A stretch of DNA of 64,000 nucleotides from Actinomycetes bacterium (GCA_023264975.1 JAHFUS010000003.1:26921-90920), one strand, 5' to 3'. Shown: positions 53,482 through 62,722, counted from the first letter of the stretch. Made by a program: numbers and translations. The notes: generated by a model from the sequence alone, not told the origin.

Positions 53482-56211
53482 ATGCCCAAGCCCCTCGTCA
53501 TCGTGGAGTCGCCGGCCAAGGCGAAGACCATCGCCGGCTACCTCGGCTCCGGCTACGTAGTCGAGTCGTCCGTCGGCCACGTCCGCGACCTGCCCAACGA
53601 CGCCTCGGAGATCCCCGCCGCCTACCAGGGAGAACCGTGGGCCCGGCTGGGGATCGACGTCGACAACGACTTCAAGCCCCTCTACGTGCTGTCGGGCAGG
53701 GGAAAGGACGTGGTCAAGCGGCTCAAGGCCCTGCTCAAGGACGCCAGCGAGTTGTACCTCGCGACCGATGAGGACCGCGAGGGCGAAGCCATCGCCTGGC
53801 ACCTGAGCGAGGTGCTGGCGCCTCGCGTGCCGGTGAAGCGGATGGTGTTCCACGAGATCACCGCGCCGGCCATCAGGCGGGCGGTGGAGGACACCCGCGA
53901 CCTCAACATGCCCCTGGTCGACGCCCAGGAGACGCGCCGCCTCCTCGACCGGCTCTACGGCTTCGAGGTTTCGCCGGTGCTGTGGCGGCGGATCAAGCCC
54001 AAGCTTTCGGCCGGGCGGGTCCAGAGCGTGGCCACCCGCATGACCGTCGAGCGGGAGCGGGAGCGCATGAAGTTCCGGGCCGCCGGCTGGTGGGACCTGG
54101 ACGCGGCGCTGGCCAAGCACGACAGCACGGTCAACGCCGGCCTCGTCGCCCTCGACGGCAGGCGCCTGGCCACAGGCAAGGACTTCACCCAGGACGGCTC
54201 TCTCAAGCCCGCCGCCGACGTGGTGCGCCTCGGCGAGGCCGATGCCTCCGGCCTGGCCGGCCGCCTGGCCGACTCGGCCTTCACCGTTCGCTCGGTGGAG
54301 GAGAAGCCGTACCGCCGCTCGCCGTACGCGCCGTTCATGACGTCGACGCTCCAGCAGGAGGCCGGTCGCCAGCTGCGGTTCGACTCCAAGCGCACCATGC
54401 AGGTGGCGCAGCGACTGTACGAGAACGGCTTCATCACCTACATGCGCACCGACAGCACGAGCCTGTCCGCCGCCGCCGTGGCGGCTGCCCGCCGGCAGGC
54501 TTCGCAGCTGTACGGCAGCCAGTACGTGCCCGACCAGCCCCGCCGGTACGCCCGCAAGGTGAAGAACGCCCAGGAGGCGCACGAGGCCATCCGTCCCGCC
54601 GGGGACGACTTCCGGATGCCCGACCAGGTCGCCGGCCGGCTCGGCGCCGACGAGCGTCGCCTGTACGAGCTGATCTGGAAGCGCACGGTGGCGTCGCAGA
54701 TGGCGGACGCGGTGGGCAACACGGTGCAGGTGCGCATCGGGGCGGTGTCGTCCACCGGCGAGGACGCAGAGTTCGCCACCAGCGGCAAGGTCATCACCTT
54801 TCCCGGCTTCTTCCGTGCCTACGTCGAGGGCTCCGACGATCCCGACGCCGTTCTCGAGGACCGCGAGGTGCGCCTGCCGGCGCTGGCGGTGGGCGACGCC
54901 CTCGACCTCCGCCGCCTCGAGGCCAAGTCCCACACCACCCAGCCCCCGGCCCGGTTCACCGAGGCATCGCTGGTCAAGGCGCTGGAGGACAAGGGGGTGG
55001 GCCGCCCGTCCACCTACGCCAGCATCATCTCCACCATCCAGGCCCGCGAGTACGTCTGGAAGCGGGGCCAGGCCCTCGTGCCCACCTTCACCGCCTTCGC
55101 CGTGGTGAACCTGCTGGAGCAGCATTTCGCCCACCTGGTCGACTACGACTTCACGGCCAGGCTGGAGGACGAGCTCGACGGCATCGCGGCCAAGCGCCAG
55201 GAGCGGGTGCCGTGGCTGTCGAAGTTCTATTTCGGGGGCGACACGCCGGGCCTCAAGGCCCTGGTGGCAGACCGGCTCGACCAGATCGACCCGAGGGAGA
55301 TCAACTCGATCCCCATCGGCGCCGACGCAGAAGGCCGTGAGATCGTCGTGCGGGTGGGGCGCTACGGCCCCTACCTCCAGCGGGGTGAGGACCGGGCAAG
55401 CGTTCCCGACGAGCTCGCACCCGACGAGATCACCATCGAGAAGGCGGGTGAGCTCCTCGACGCCCCGAGCGGCGACCGGGAGCTCGGCACCGACCCGGCG
55501 ACGGGGCTGGCCGTGGCGGTGAAGGCGGGGCGCTACGGGCCCTACGTCCAGTTGGGAGCGATCGAGGGCACCGGGTCCAAGGCGGCCAAGCCGCCCACCG
55601 CATCGCTGTTCAAGACCATGACGCCCGAGGCCGTCACCCTCGAGGACGCCCTGCGCCTGCTCACCCTGCCCCGCGTGGTGGGTGTCGACCCGACGGGCGA
55701 CGAGGAGATCGTGGCCCTCAACGGCCGGTACGGGCCGTACCTGAGGAAGGGCACCGACAGCCGCAGCCTGGAGTCCGAGGAGCAGCTGTTCTCGGTGACC
55801 CTCGACGAGGCGCTGGCGATCTACGCCCAGCCCAAGACGCGGCGGGGCCAGACTGCTGCCGCCCCCCTCCGGGAGCTGGGCGACGACCCGGTCACCGGCA
55901 CCCCGATGGTGATCAAGGACGGCCGCTTCGGTCCCTACCTCACCGAGGGCACGGTCAACGTCACCGTCCCGCGGGGCGAGGCGGTGGAGGACATCACGCC
56001 CGAGCGGGCGGCCGAACTGCTGGCCGACAAGCGGGCCAAGGGCCCGGCGCCCAAGCGCAAGAAGGCGGCCCGCACGACCAAGGCGGCCGCCACGAAGCGC
56101 AAGCCGGCGGCCGGTGCGTCCAAGGCCTCGAAGGCCACGAAGACCACCAAGTCGGCAGCCAAGAAGGTCGCCGGCGCAACCGGGGTGAAGCAGCGGCGGA
56201 AGACAGGATGA
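53482..56211 (+). CDS. topA: DNA topoisomerase I
   Basis: TOPRIM N-terminus LVIVESPAKAKTIAGYLG, DEDREGEAIAWH, and active-site Tyr region GFITYMRTDS. The repeated GRYGPY C-terminal modules and Lys/Ala-rich basic tail are typical of actinobacterial TopA. Confidence 0.95.
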   Translation: MPKPLVIVESPAKAKTIAGYLGSGYVVESSVGHVRDLPNDASEIPAAYQGEPWARLGIDVDNDFKPLYVLSGRGKDVVKRLKALLKDASELYLATDEDREGEAIAWHLSEVLAPRVPVKRMVFHEITAPAIRRAVEDTRDLNMPLVDAQETRRLLDRLYGFEVSPVLWRRIKPKLSAGRVQSVATRMTVERERERMKFRAAGWWDLDAALAKHDSTVNAGLVALDGRRLATGKDFTQDGSLKPAADVVRLGEADASGLAGRLADSAFTVRSVEEKPYRRSPYAPFMTSTLQQEAGRQLRFDSKRTMQVAQRLYENGFITYMRTDSTSLSAAAVAAARRQASQLYGSQYVPDQPRRYARKVKNAQEAHEAIRPAGDDFRMPDQVAGRLGADERRLYELIWKRTVASQMADAVGNTVQVRIGAVSSTGEDAEFATSGKVITFPGFFRAYVEGSDDPDAVLEDREVRLPALAVGDALDLRRLEAKSHTTQPPARFTEASLVKALEDKGVGRPSTYASIISTIQAREYVWKRGQALVPTFTAFAVVNLLEQHFAHLVDYDFTARLEDELDGIAAKRQERVPWLSKFYFGGDTPGLKALVADRLDQIDPREINSIPIGADAEGREIVVRVGRYGPYLQRGEDRASVPDELAPDEITIEKAGELLDAPSGDRELGTDPATGLAVAVKAGRYGPYVQLGAIEGTGSKAAKPPTASLFKTMTPEAVTLEDALRLLTLPRVVGVDPTGDEEIVALNGRYGPYLRKGTDSRSLESEEQLFSVTLDEALAIYAQPKTRRGQTAAAPLRELGDDPVTGTPMVIKDGRFGPYLTEGTVNVTVPRGEAVEDITPERAAELLADKRAKGPAPKRKKAARTTKAAATKRKPAAGASKASKATKTTKSAAKKVAGATGVKQRRKTG

Positions 56212-56247
56212 CCGGACCGGGAGCCTCCGTCCCATAGCCTGAGCGGC

Positions 56248-57783
56248 GTGGCCGAGGCGTCCCGCAGGAGGAAGCCCCGGGCGCGTCCCGGCGACGAGCC
56301 GCCCACGGAGCCGCTGCCCGCCCCGCACCCAACGCCGCCTCGGGCGCCGGCCCCCGGGCCCGACCAGGCGGCCACCGCTGCGATGAGCGCAGCCACCGCT
56401 GCGATGAGCACAGGGCGGCCGCCGCCCCCGGGCCCCCACGAGGTGACCTCGGTCACCCGCCTGTTCGGCTCACCGACCTTCTTCCGCCTGTGGATGGCCC
56501 AGGTGGTCTCGTCACTCGGCGACTGGATCGGCTTCGTGGCCGTCACCGCCATCGCCGCCCGCCTCGGCGGCAAGTCGAGCGAGACGGCGGTGGCCGTCGT
56601 GCTGTCCGCCCGCCTCCTGCCCGGCTTCTTCCTCGCTCCCGCCGCCGGCGTGTTCATCGACCGGTGGGACCGAAAGAAGGTGATGGTGTCGTGCGACATC
56701 GGGCGCGGGCTGGTGCTGGCCACGCTGCCCTTCGTAGAAACCATCCCAGGGCTGTTCTTCGCCTCGCTGCTCCTCGAGGTGTTCACCCTCATGTGGTCGC
56801 CGGCCAAGGAGGCGTCGGTGCCCAACATGGTGCGCCCGGAGTTCCTGGCCAACGCCAACTCGCTGTCGCTCGTCGCCGCCTACGGCACCTTCCCGATCGG
56901 CGCCGCCCTGTTCGCGTTCCTGGCCACGGTGGCCAAATGGCTGGGGAACGTCGATGCCCTGGGCGCCCTGAAGGTCGACCAGGAGTTCGTGGCCATCTAC
57001 TTCGACGTCCTCACCTTCTTCCTGTCGGCGAGCCTGATATCCACCCTCACCCTGCCCCGGTCCGAGCGTTCGGTCGACGTTGGCAAGGGCGGCATCGACT
57101 TCCGGCGCACCTTCCGGGAACTGGCCGAAGGCGGACGCTTCATCCGTGACAGCGCCGTGGTGCGAGCCGTGATCCTGGGCATCGGCACGGGCCTCATCGG
57201 CGGCGGGATGGTGGTGCCGCTCGGGCCGGTGGCCTCCGCCAAGATCTACGGCGCCGGCACAGCCGGCTTCGGGCTGTTGCTGGCCGCCTTGGGCTTCGGT
57301 GTGGCGGCCGGCATCATCGGGCTCAGCATCCTGCAGAAACGCGTGCAGCACGAACGGATTTTCGTGATCTCGGTGCTGGGCGCCGGCGCCTCCCTGGTGA
57401 CCGCTGCGTGCATGTCCACCATCACCTTGGCCGTCGTGTTCGCCGCCGCCCTGGGGCTGTGCGCCGGGTCGGTGTACATCCTCGGCTTCACGATTCTGCA
57501 GACCAACGTGGAGGACGAACTGCGGGGGCGAATCTTCGCCCTCCTGTACACGCTCGTGCGCTTCTGCCTCCTGCTCGCCTTCACGCTCGCCCCGGCCACG
57601 TCGCGCCTGCTCGACAGCCTGTCGGACCACCTGTTCGACCGCTCGGTGTCCTTCGGCGGCTTCACCGTCTTCCTGCCCGGCGTGCGCATCACCCTGTGGC
57701 TCGGCGGCATCATCATCCTCGTCGCCGGCCTGCTGGCCCACAGGGGCCTCAAGGTCGCCTCCGCCCGGGGGGCGGACCAGTGA
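56248..57783 (+). CDS. MFS transporter (EntS/MFS_3-like)
   Basis: FFRLWMAQVVSSLGDWIGFVAVTAIA... with 12 hydrophobic segments. The start is uncertain because the N-terminal about 70 aa are Pro/Ala-rich. Confidence 0.8.
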   Translation: MAEASRRRKPRARPGDEPPTEPLPAPHPTPPRAPAPGPDQAATAAMSAATAAMSTGRPPPPGPHEVTSVTRLFGSPTFFRLWMAQVVSSLGDWIGFVAVTAIAARLGGKSSETAVAVVLSARLLPGFFLAPAAGVFIDRWDRKKVMVSCDIGRGLVLATLPFVETIPGLFFASLLLEVFTLMWSPAKEASVPNMVRPEFLANANSLSLVAAYGTFPIGAALFAFLATVAKWLGNVDALGALKVDQEFVAIYFDVLTFFLSASLISTLTLPRSERSVDVGKGGIDFRRTFRELAEGGRFIRDSAVVRAVILGIGTGLIGGGMVVPLGPVASAKIYGAGTAGFGLLLAALGFGVAAGIIGLSILQKRVQHERIFVISVLGAGASLVTAACMSTITLAVVFAAALGLCAGSVYILGFTILQTNVEDELRGRIFALLYTLVRFCLLLAFTLAPATSRLLDSLSDHLFDRSVSFGGFTVFLPGVRITLWLGGIIILVAGLLAHRGLKVASARGADQ

Positions 57784-58376
57784 GCCTGCTGATCGCCTTC
57801 GAAGGAGGCGAGGCATGCGGCAAGACGACACAGTCGGCCCTGCTGGCCGACCGCCTCCGCGGTGTCCTGACGCGCGAGCCTGGCGGCACGGCGATGGGGG
57901 AGCGGGTGCGGGGTCTGCTGCTCGACACGGCGTCGGGCGCGATCGACCCGCGCGCCGAGGCCATGCTCCTCGCCGCCGCCCGGGCCCAGCACGTGGCCCA
58001 GGTGGTGGCGCCGGCGCTGGCCGCCGGGCGCCACGTGGTCACCGACCGGTACTCCCACTCGTCCCTGGCCTACCAGGGCTACGGGCGGGGGCTCGCGCTC
58101 GACGAGGTGCGTCACCTGTCGGACTGGGCCACCCGCGGCCTGTGGCCCGACGCCGTGATCCTGCTCGACCTGCCGCCCGAGGTGGCCGAGGCCAGGCGGG
58201 GCCACCCCGACCGCTTCGAGGCGGAGGGCCGGGCCTTCCACCGCCGGGTCGAGGAGGGCTTCCGCACGCTGGCCGCCGACGACCCTGTGCACTGGCGGGT
58301 GGTGGACGGGTCCGGGTCGGTCGACGAGGTGGCGGCGCGGGTGTGGGCGTCGGTGGCGGGGCTGGTGGCGTCGTGA
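57780..58376 (+). CDS. tmk: Thymidylate kinase
   Basis: GTGA overlap with the MFS stop. P-loop FEGGEACGKTT, TREPGGT, DRYSHSSLAYQG. Confidence 0.9.
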   Translation: MSLLIAFEGGEACGKTTQSALLADRLRGVLTREPGGTAMGERVRGLLLDTASGAIDPRAEAMLLAAARAQHVAQVVAPALAAGRHVVTDRYSHSSLAYQGYGRGLALDEVRHLSDWATRGLWPDAVILLDLPPEVAEARRGHPDRFEAEGRAFHRRVEEGFRTLAADDPVHWRVVDGSGSVDEVAARVWASVAGLVAS

Positions 58377-58503
58377 GTGGCGCCTGGCGGCCCGCGCCCC
58401 GACCGTTCCTGCCGGCAGATCGTCGTGGTTTTCGCAGCGACTCGCCGACACGCTGGTCGGGGACGGTGGAACTCCGAGGTCGACGGCAGGGTGGGCCTCG
58501 CGA

Positions 58504-59631
58504 GTGAGGCGGGAGTCGTGGGTGGAAGGCGCTGCTGCAACGGACGGGCCGGCTGGGACCGGGCAGCTGTTCGCCGGGCTCATCGGCCAGGAGCGGGTCG
58601 TGGCCCAGCTATGGGGCGCCGCCGCGTCGCCGGTGCACGCCTACCTGCTGGTCGGGCCGCCGGGCACCGGCAAGCGGGCGGCGGCCCGCTCGTTCGCCGC
58701 TGCTCTGCTGTGTCCCGACGGCGGCTGCGGCGACTGCGGCGAGTGCACCCGGGCGCTCAGTGGTGTGCACCCCGATGTTGTGGTGCGCGAGCGCACCGGC
58801 GCCTACATCTCGGTGGGCGACGCTCGGGAGATCGGGCGGCTGGGCTCCCTGAGCCCGGTGGAAGGGCGCCGGAAGGTGCTGGTGCTGGTGGACTTCCACC
58901 TCGTCGAGGACGCCGCCCCTGCGCTCCTCAAGGCCATCGAGGAGCCCCCGGCGACCACGGTGTACGTGATCCTGGCCGAGCACGTCCCGCCCGAGTTGGT
59001 CACCATCGCCAGCCGCTGCGCCCAGCTCGACTTCGCCCCGGTGCCGGCCGATCGCCTGACCGCCGCTCTGGTCGCCGAAGGCCTCGACCCGCAGGTGGCG
59101 GCGGAGGTGGCGTCGGCATCGGGTGGCCGCCCTGACCGGGCCCGCCTCCTCGCATCCGACGCAGGCTTCGCCGCCCGCCGTGCCGCCTGGCGCGACGCCG
59201 CTGGCCGCCTGGACGGCACCGGCTTCGCGGCCGCCTCGCTGGCCGACGAGCTGCTGGCCGGCCTGGAGACGGTGGTGGAGCCGCTCACGGCCCGCCAGGC
59301 CGAGGAGGTGGCCGAGCTGGCCGAGCGGGTGCGCCTCTACGGCGACAGGCCGGGGGAACGCAAGGAGCTGGACGCCCGCCACAAGCGGGAGGAGCGGCGC
59401 ATCCGTACCGACGAGCTCCGCTTCGGCCTCGCCACCCTCGCCGCCGCCTACCGGGACCGCCTGGCCGCCGCCAGGGACCCCGGCCCTGCGCTGGCGGCCG
59501 TGCAGGCGGTCCATGCGGCCAACGAGGCGCTCGCCCGCAACCCCAACGTCACCCTGTTGCTCCAGGCCCTCCTGGTCCGCCTCGGCCGCTTGGAAGTAGG
59601 CGTCGCCGGCCCTCGCCCGCCGCTACGCTGA
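58504..59631 (+). CDS. holB: DNA polymerase III delta-prime subunit
   Basis: HAYLLVGPPGTGK, Zn-module CPDGGCGDCGEC, LLKAIEEPP, SRC sensor motif (IASRC). The start codon is approximate. Confidence 0.85.
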   Translation: MRRESWVEGAAATDGPAGTGQLFAGLIGQERVVAQLWGAAASPVHAYLLVGPPGTGKRAAARSFAAALLCPDGGCGDCGECTRALSGVHPDVVVRERTGAYISVGDAREIGRLGSLSPVEGRRKVLVLVDFHLVEDAAPALLKAIEEPPATTVYVILAEHVPPELVTIASRCAQLDFAPVPADRLTAALVAEGLDPQVAAEVASASGGRPDRARLLASDAGFAARRAAWRDAAGRLDGTGFAAASLADELLAGLETVVEPLTARQAEEVAELAERVRLYGDRPGERKELDARHKREERRIRTDELRFGLATLAAAYRDRLAAARDPGPALAAVQAVHAANEALARNPNVTLLLQALLVRLGRLEVGVAGPRPPLR

Positions 59632-59639
59632 ACGCTCAC

Positions 59640-59712
59640 GCCCGGGTAGCTCAGACGGCAGAGCAACGCACTCGTAATGCGTAGGTCAGGAGTTCGATTC
59701 TCCTCTCGGGCT
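59640..59712 (+). tRNA. tRNA-Thr (anticodon CGU)
   Basis: GCCCGGG-UA-GCUC-AGACGGCA-GAGC-A-ACGCA-CUCGUAA-UGCGU-AGGUC-AGGAG-UUCGAUU-CUCCU-CUCGGGC-U forms a canonical cloverleaf of 73 nt. CCA is not encoded. Confidence 0.9.
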
Positions 59713-59809
59713 CTACCAGGGGTTTTATGCCCGGAGGGGCTGGCGCACCGCTTCCACAGCGAATAACCTGGCCAAAATGAAGAGGCAGAAACTTGCCCCT
59801 GACCAGGGC

Positions 59810-59902
59810 ATGGGCGACCTTTCCACCCTCCTCGAGAGCTGGCGCATCACGCTGCGGGCCCAGAACAAGGCGCCCCGCACGATCGACCTCATCCCCACGT
59901 AG
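59810..59902 (+). pseudogene. N-terminal stub (30 aa) of a tyrosine recombinase/integrase
   Basis: MGDLSTLLESWRITLRAQNKAPRTIDLIPT* matches the SAM-like N-terminal domain pattern of phage integrases (L..W...L.A.N.AP.TI). It is cut off by TAG at 59900-59902. Confidence 0.5.
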
Positions 59903-59928
59903 CCGCCTTCCGTCGAAGGGAGGCGGCT
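59901..59928 (+). promoter_or_regulatory. Hairpin that includes the Shine-Dalgarno sequence of the HIRAN gene
   Basis: AGCCGCCTTC-CGTC-GAAGG(GAGG)CGGCT. The 3' arm contains GAAGGGAGG, 9 nt before the ATG at 59932. Confidence 0.4.
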
Positions 59929-59931
59929 GTC

Positions 59932-60696
59932 ATGACCGATCAGCCGGACGACGGCCAGGAACGGAGCCTGTTCGTCTCATGGCGCGACCCGGTCGGTTCC
60001 AACCATCCGATCGGGCGCCTTCTTCGTCGGCTTGGCCCGGACGGCGAGGCGTACCGCTTCTCCTACCTGAAAGCGGTCGAACAGCTCGAAGAATTCGAAC
60101 CCCTGCCCGGTCTTCCCGACCTTCACCGCAGGTACGAGAGCAGTCGCCTGTTCCCCGTGTTCGCCAACCGGCTGATGCCGCGCAGTCGTCCCGATTTCGG
60201 CCTGCTGGCATCGCGCGTCGATCTCGACCGCGACGCCGACCCGTTCGAGGTCCTCGCCCGCACCGGGGGTCGACGGGTCACCGATCGGATCGAGGTCTTT
60301 GCTCCGCCCGAGCGCACTCCGGCCGGCGAGAGCACCCTGCTGTTCCTGGCTCGGGGAATCCGCGACGTCCCCGGTGCCGTCGAGGCCGTGGCGAGGCTCG
60401 CAGCCGGCGATCGCCTGGTCGTCGCGGATCAGCCGGACAATGAGTCCAGCGCTCGGGCCATCCTCCGGCGGGCGACCGACGCCAGCCAGATCGGGTGGGT
60501 GCCCGACTATCTCGTCGAGCACGTGCACGAGCTGCGCCAGCTCAACGGCGAAGACCCCGTGATCACCGTCGAGCACGTGAACGACGCCACGGTCGCCGCC
60601 CACATGCGTCTGTTGTGCCGGCTCAGAGCGCCATGGCCCGACGGGTACAAGCCGTTCGCCGACGAGGCGTTCCAGCCTCTCGCCGATCTGGCCTGA
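59932..60696 (+). CDS. HIRAN-domain protein (N-terminal conserved domain plus C-terminal HIRAN)
   Basis: The C-terminal GDRLVVADQPDNESSARAILRRATDASQIGWVPDYLVEHV fits the HIRAN pattern (G..L.L..EP.N..D.NAI.V......IGYVP). The N-terminal SWRDP...PIGRL...YRFSY...SSRLFPVFANRLMPRSRPDF... matches the domain usually fused to HIRAN in about 250-aa bacterial proteins. Confidence 0.6.
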   Translation: MTDQPDDGQERSLFVSWRDPVGSNHPIGRLLRRLGPDGEAYRFSYLKAVEQLEEFEPLPGLPDLHRRYESSRLFPVFANRLMPRSRPDFGLLASRVDLDRDADPFEVLARTGGRRVTDRIEVFAPPERTPAGESTLLFLARGIRDVPGAVEAVARLAAGDRLVVADQPDNESSARAILRRATDASQIGWVPDYLVEHVHELRQLNGEDPVITVEHVNDATVAAHMRLLCRLRAPWPDGYKPFADEAFQPLADLA

Positions 60697-60933
60697 TCGG
60701 CGGTACCTTTCCGGGGCTCTACCGATCCGTCCTCGTGGCGCGGGAGCGTCGTGCCTGTACTGAGCGAAGAGAGCCAGTCTGGCGACAGTGGGCCCTGCTG
60801 GCCGCCCAGCCCGACGCCGGCGCTCGAGTCGGGCAGCCTGCCGTCGGGTCGACGTGAAATACGAGTCGCTGCCTCGGAGTAGTGCTCCGCTTCATCGAGC
60901 GGCTGATGATGACGGACGCGGGCGGGCTTGGCG

Positions 60934-61854
60934 TCAGCCGGCTGCTCGGAACGCCTCGTACCGCTCTGCAAGCGAGTTTGGGTTCGGACGATGGTCCTTG
61001 CGCGACGGGACGACCACGAGCTTGTTGCCCTGTAGGTCTTGGAGGCCGTGGCGGAGCATGGGTCCATCGACTTCGGCGAGCACGTCCTGCCGGATTTCCA
61101 CGACGAGGTCGGGCCTGATCCCCACGATGTTTCGGTCGAACGCCGCATGGTGGAGCTTGCACATGGCGAGACCGTTGCTCACCACGGGAAGCCCTCCCGG
61201 GTGGGAGTCGGGGAGAATGTGAGCGGCATCTAGGAGCTCGACATGGTTGAGCCGGCACACGGCACATGAATCGCGGTAGGCAAGGAGCACACGCTGACGG
61301 AACGCGAGCTGGTGGAGACGTTGACGCGCCAGGCGGGTGACGTAGGCGCGTCGAGCGTCATCTACGACCTCCACGGTCAGGTCTGGCCGTAGAACCTGCG
61401 GGTCGTCCATGGCGATCGTGAACGTCAGGGACGACGGGTCGTCGTGGACGATGAAGACGGGCCACTCGGGGCGATACCAGCCCGGCGCCGTCCCGAACAA
61501 GTAGACCAGCGGTAGCTGACGCTCCATCGCTCGCCGAAGGCCGACATTGTCGTGGTGGAGTGGGTTGATCCCGCGGTAGCGGTAGCGCAAGAAGCCGTCG
61601 GCTCCCACTTCGTCTTCGTACGGGCGGTCCCGGCCCTCGACCACGGGCACGGTTGTGACGCTCAGCGGCGCATCGGGAAGGACCGCCGGCTTGAAAATCC
61701 CTTGAGGGCCCATGAGCGGGACTCGCCTGCCTTCGAGGCTGAAACCCTGACGCAGCACGTCAATCGGGAGAACCTCTCCTCGCTGATCGACTTGTTCCTT
61801 GAGCCATTGAAACGCCGCCAGCCGAACGAAGCGGTCACGGTCGGCGCTGTCCAC
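60934..61854 (-). CDS. HNH_2-family endonuclease (COG3440-like putative type IV restriction enzyme) with an N-terminal reader-like domain
   Basis: C-terminal CAVCRLNHVELLDAAHILPDSHPGGLPVVSNGLAMCKLHHAAFDRNIVGI is an HNH_2 motif. The N-terminal YEDEVGADGFLRYRYRGINPLHHDNVGLRRAMERQLPLVYLFG is typical of this family. Confidence 0.8.
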   Translation of the reverse strand: MDSADRDRFVRLAAFQWLKEQVDQRGEVLPIDVLRQGFSLEGRRVPLMGPQGIFKPAVLPDAPLSVTTVPVVEGRDRPYEDEVGADGFLRYRYRGINPLHHDNVGLRRAMERQLPLVYLFGTAPGWYRPEWPVFIVHDDPSSLTFTIAMDDPQVLRPDLTVEVVDDARRAYVTRLARQRLHQLAFRQRVLLAYRDSCAVCRLNHVELLDAAHILPDSHPGGLPVVSNGLAMCKLHHAAFDRNIVGIRPDLVVEIRQDVLAEVDGPMLRHGLQDLQGNKLVVVPSRKDHRPNPNSLAERYEAFRAAG

Positions 61855-61935
61855 CTCGTGGTTCTACACCTATGCGGGCATTGAATGGACGGGCTGGCCG
61901 GGGTGGGCCAATAGCGCACCATGACCACGACGAGA

Positions 61936-62153
61936 TCCGACCTCGTCGTCGAGCGGGACGACGGGGCCGGCGTGGCGCTCGAGGTGAAGGCCGCCGCGCG
62001 GGTTGGTGGTGGGGATCTCAAGCGGCTTGCGCAAGCTCCGGGGCGCCAATGGCGACTCGTTCCTCGCCGGTGTCGTGCTCGACGCCGGGGACCGTTCGTA
62101 CGACGTCGACGACCGCTCTACGTCATGCCCATCGACCGGCTCTGGACCACGCC
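61936..62153 (+). pseudogene. C-terminal fragment of a DUF4143 (AAA-ATPase-associated) gene, 5'-truncated and frameshifted
   Basis: Frame A reads SDLVVERDDGAGVALEVKAAARVGGGDLKRL. Frame B reads LRKLRGANGDSFLAGVVLDAGDRSYDVDDR. Frame A then resumes as LYVMPIDRLWTTP. Together these reconstruct the usual DUF4143 C-terminus. The ATPase part is missing. Confidence 0.55.
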
Positions 62154-62195
62154 GCGAGCTGGTCGAACTCGGCGGCCCGATGGTATGACCGCGGC

Positions 62196-62453
62196 CTACT
62201 TGTTCGGCCCCGCAGCCCGGGATCGTCGTGCCTGCGCCGAGCGGAGAGCCAGCTTGGTGAAGTGGGCCTTCCTGGCCGCCTCGGCGCGGCGCTGGCGCTC
62301 GGCGTCGGGCAGGGTTCCGTCCGGGTCGACCTGGCGCTCGAAGCGGGCGAGGAAGGCGGCCCTGGCCGGCGCGGTCGTCTCCCGTGGGTCGCGCTTGGCG
62401 TGCAGGGAGTACGCCGCAATCCGAGCTCGCATGCTTCGCTCGGTCGGGGTCAC
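62196..62453 (-). CDS. Small basic hypothetical protein (85 aa)
   Basis: Track ORF. The sequence is non-repetitive and helical-looking (ARIAAYSLHAKRDPRETTAPARAAFLARFERQVDP...). It sits in a mobile-element context. Confidence 0.5.
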   Translation of the reverse strand: MTPTERSMRARIAAYSLHAKRDPRETTAPARAAFLARFERQVDPDGTLPDAERQRRAEAARKAHFTKLALRSAQARRSRAAGPNK

Positions 62454-62648
62454 GACGCCGCCCTGGCTGACTCTCGGTGCCTCATGGCCCTACTACTGGT
62501 GCGGAGGGGGTGGTCCGTATTGCAGATGTGGAGCAATCCGTGCTCGAGCCCCACTCGCATCTTTGCCGTCCTTCCAGGATCGGATGCCGGCCCCAACGGG
62601 GCCAGAGGTTGGCATCCGAGCCATGGTCAGCCGTCGCCGTCGCCGCGT

Positions 62649-62722
62649 GACGGGTCAAGGGAGGGGCGAAGCCCCAGCGGGGAGCGCAGCGCAGCGGAGC
62701 CCGGAGCGACCCTTGACGCGTC
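62649..62722. repeat. Imperfect 13-nt inverted repeat with a 48-nt spacer containing a nested hairpin
   Basis: GACGGGTCAAGGG (62649-62661) pairs with CCCTTGACGCGTC (62710-62722) at 12 of 13 positions. The inner hairpin is GGGGC-GAA-GCCCC. Confidence 0.5.
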
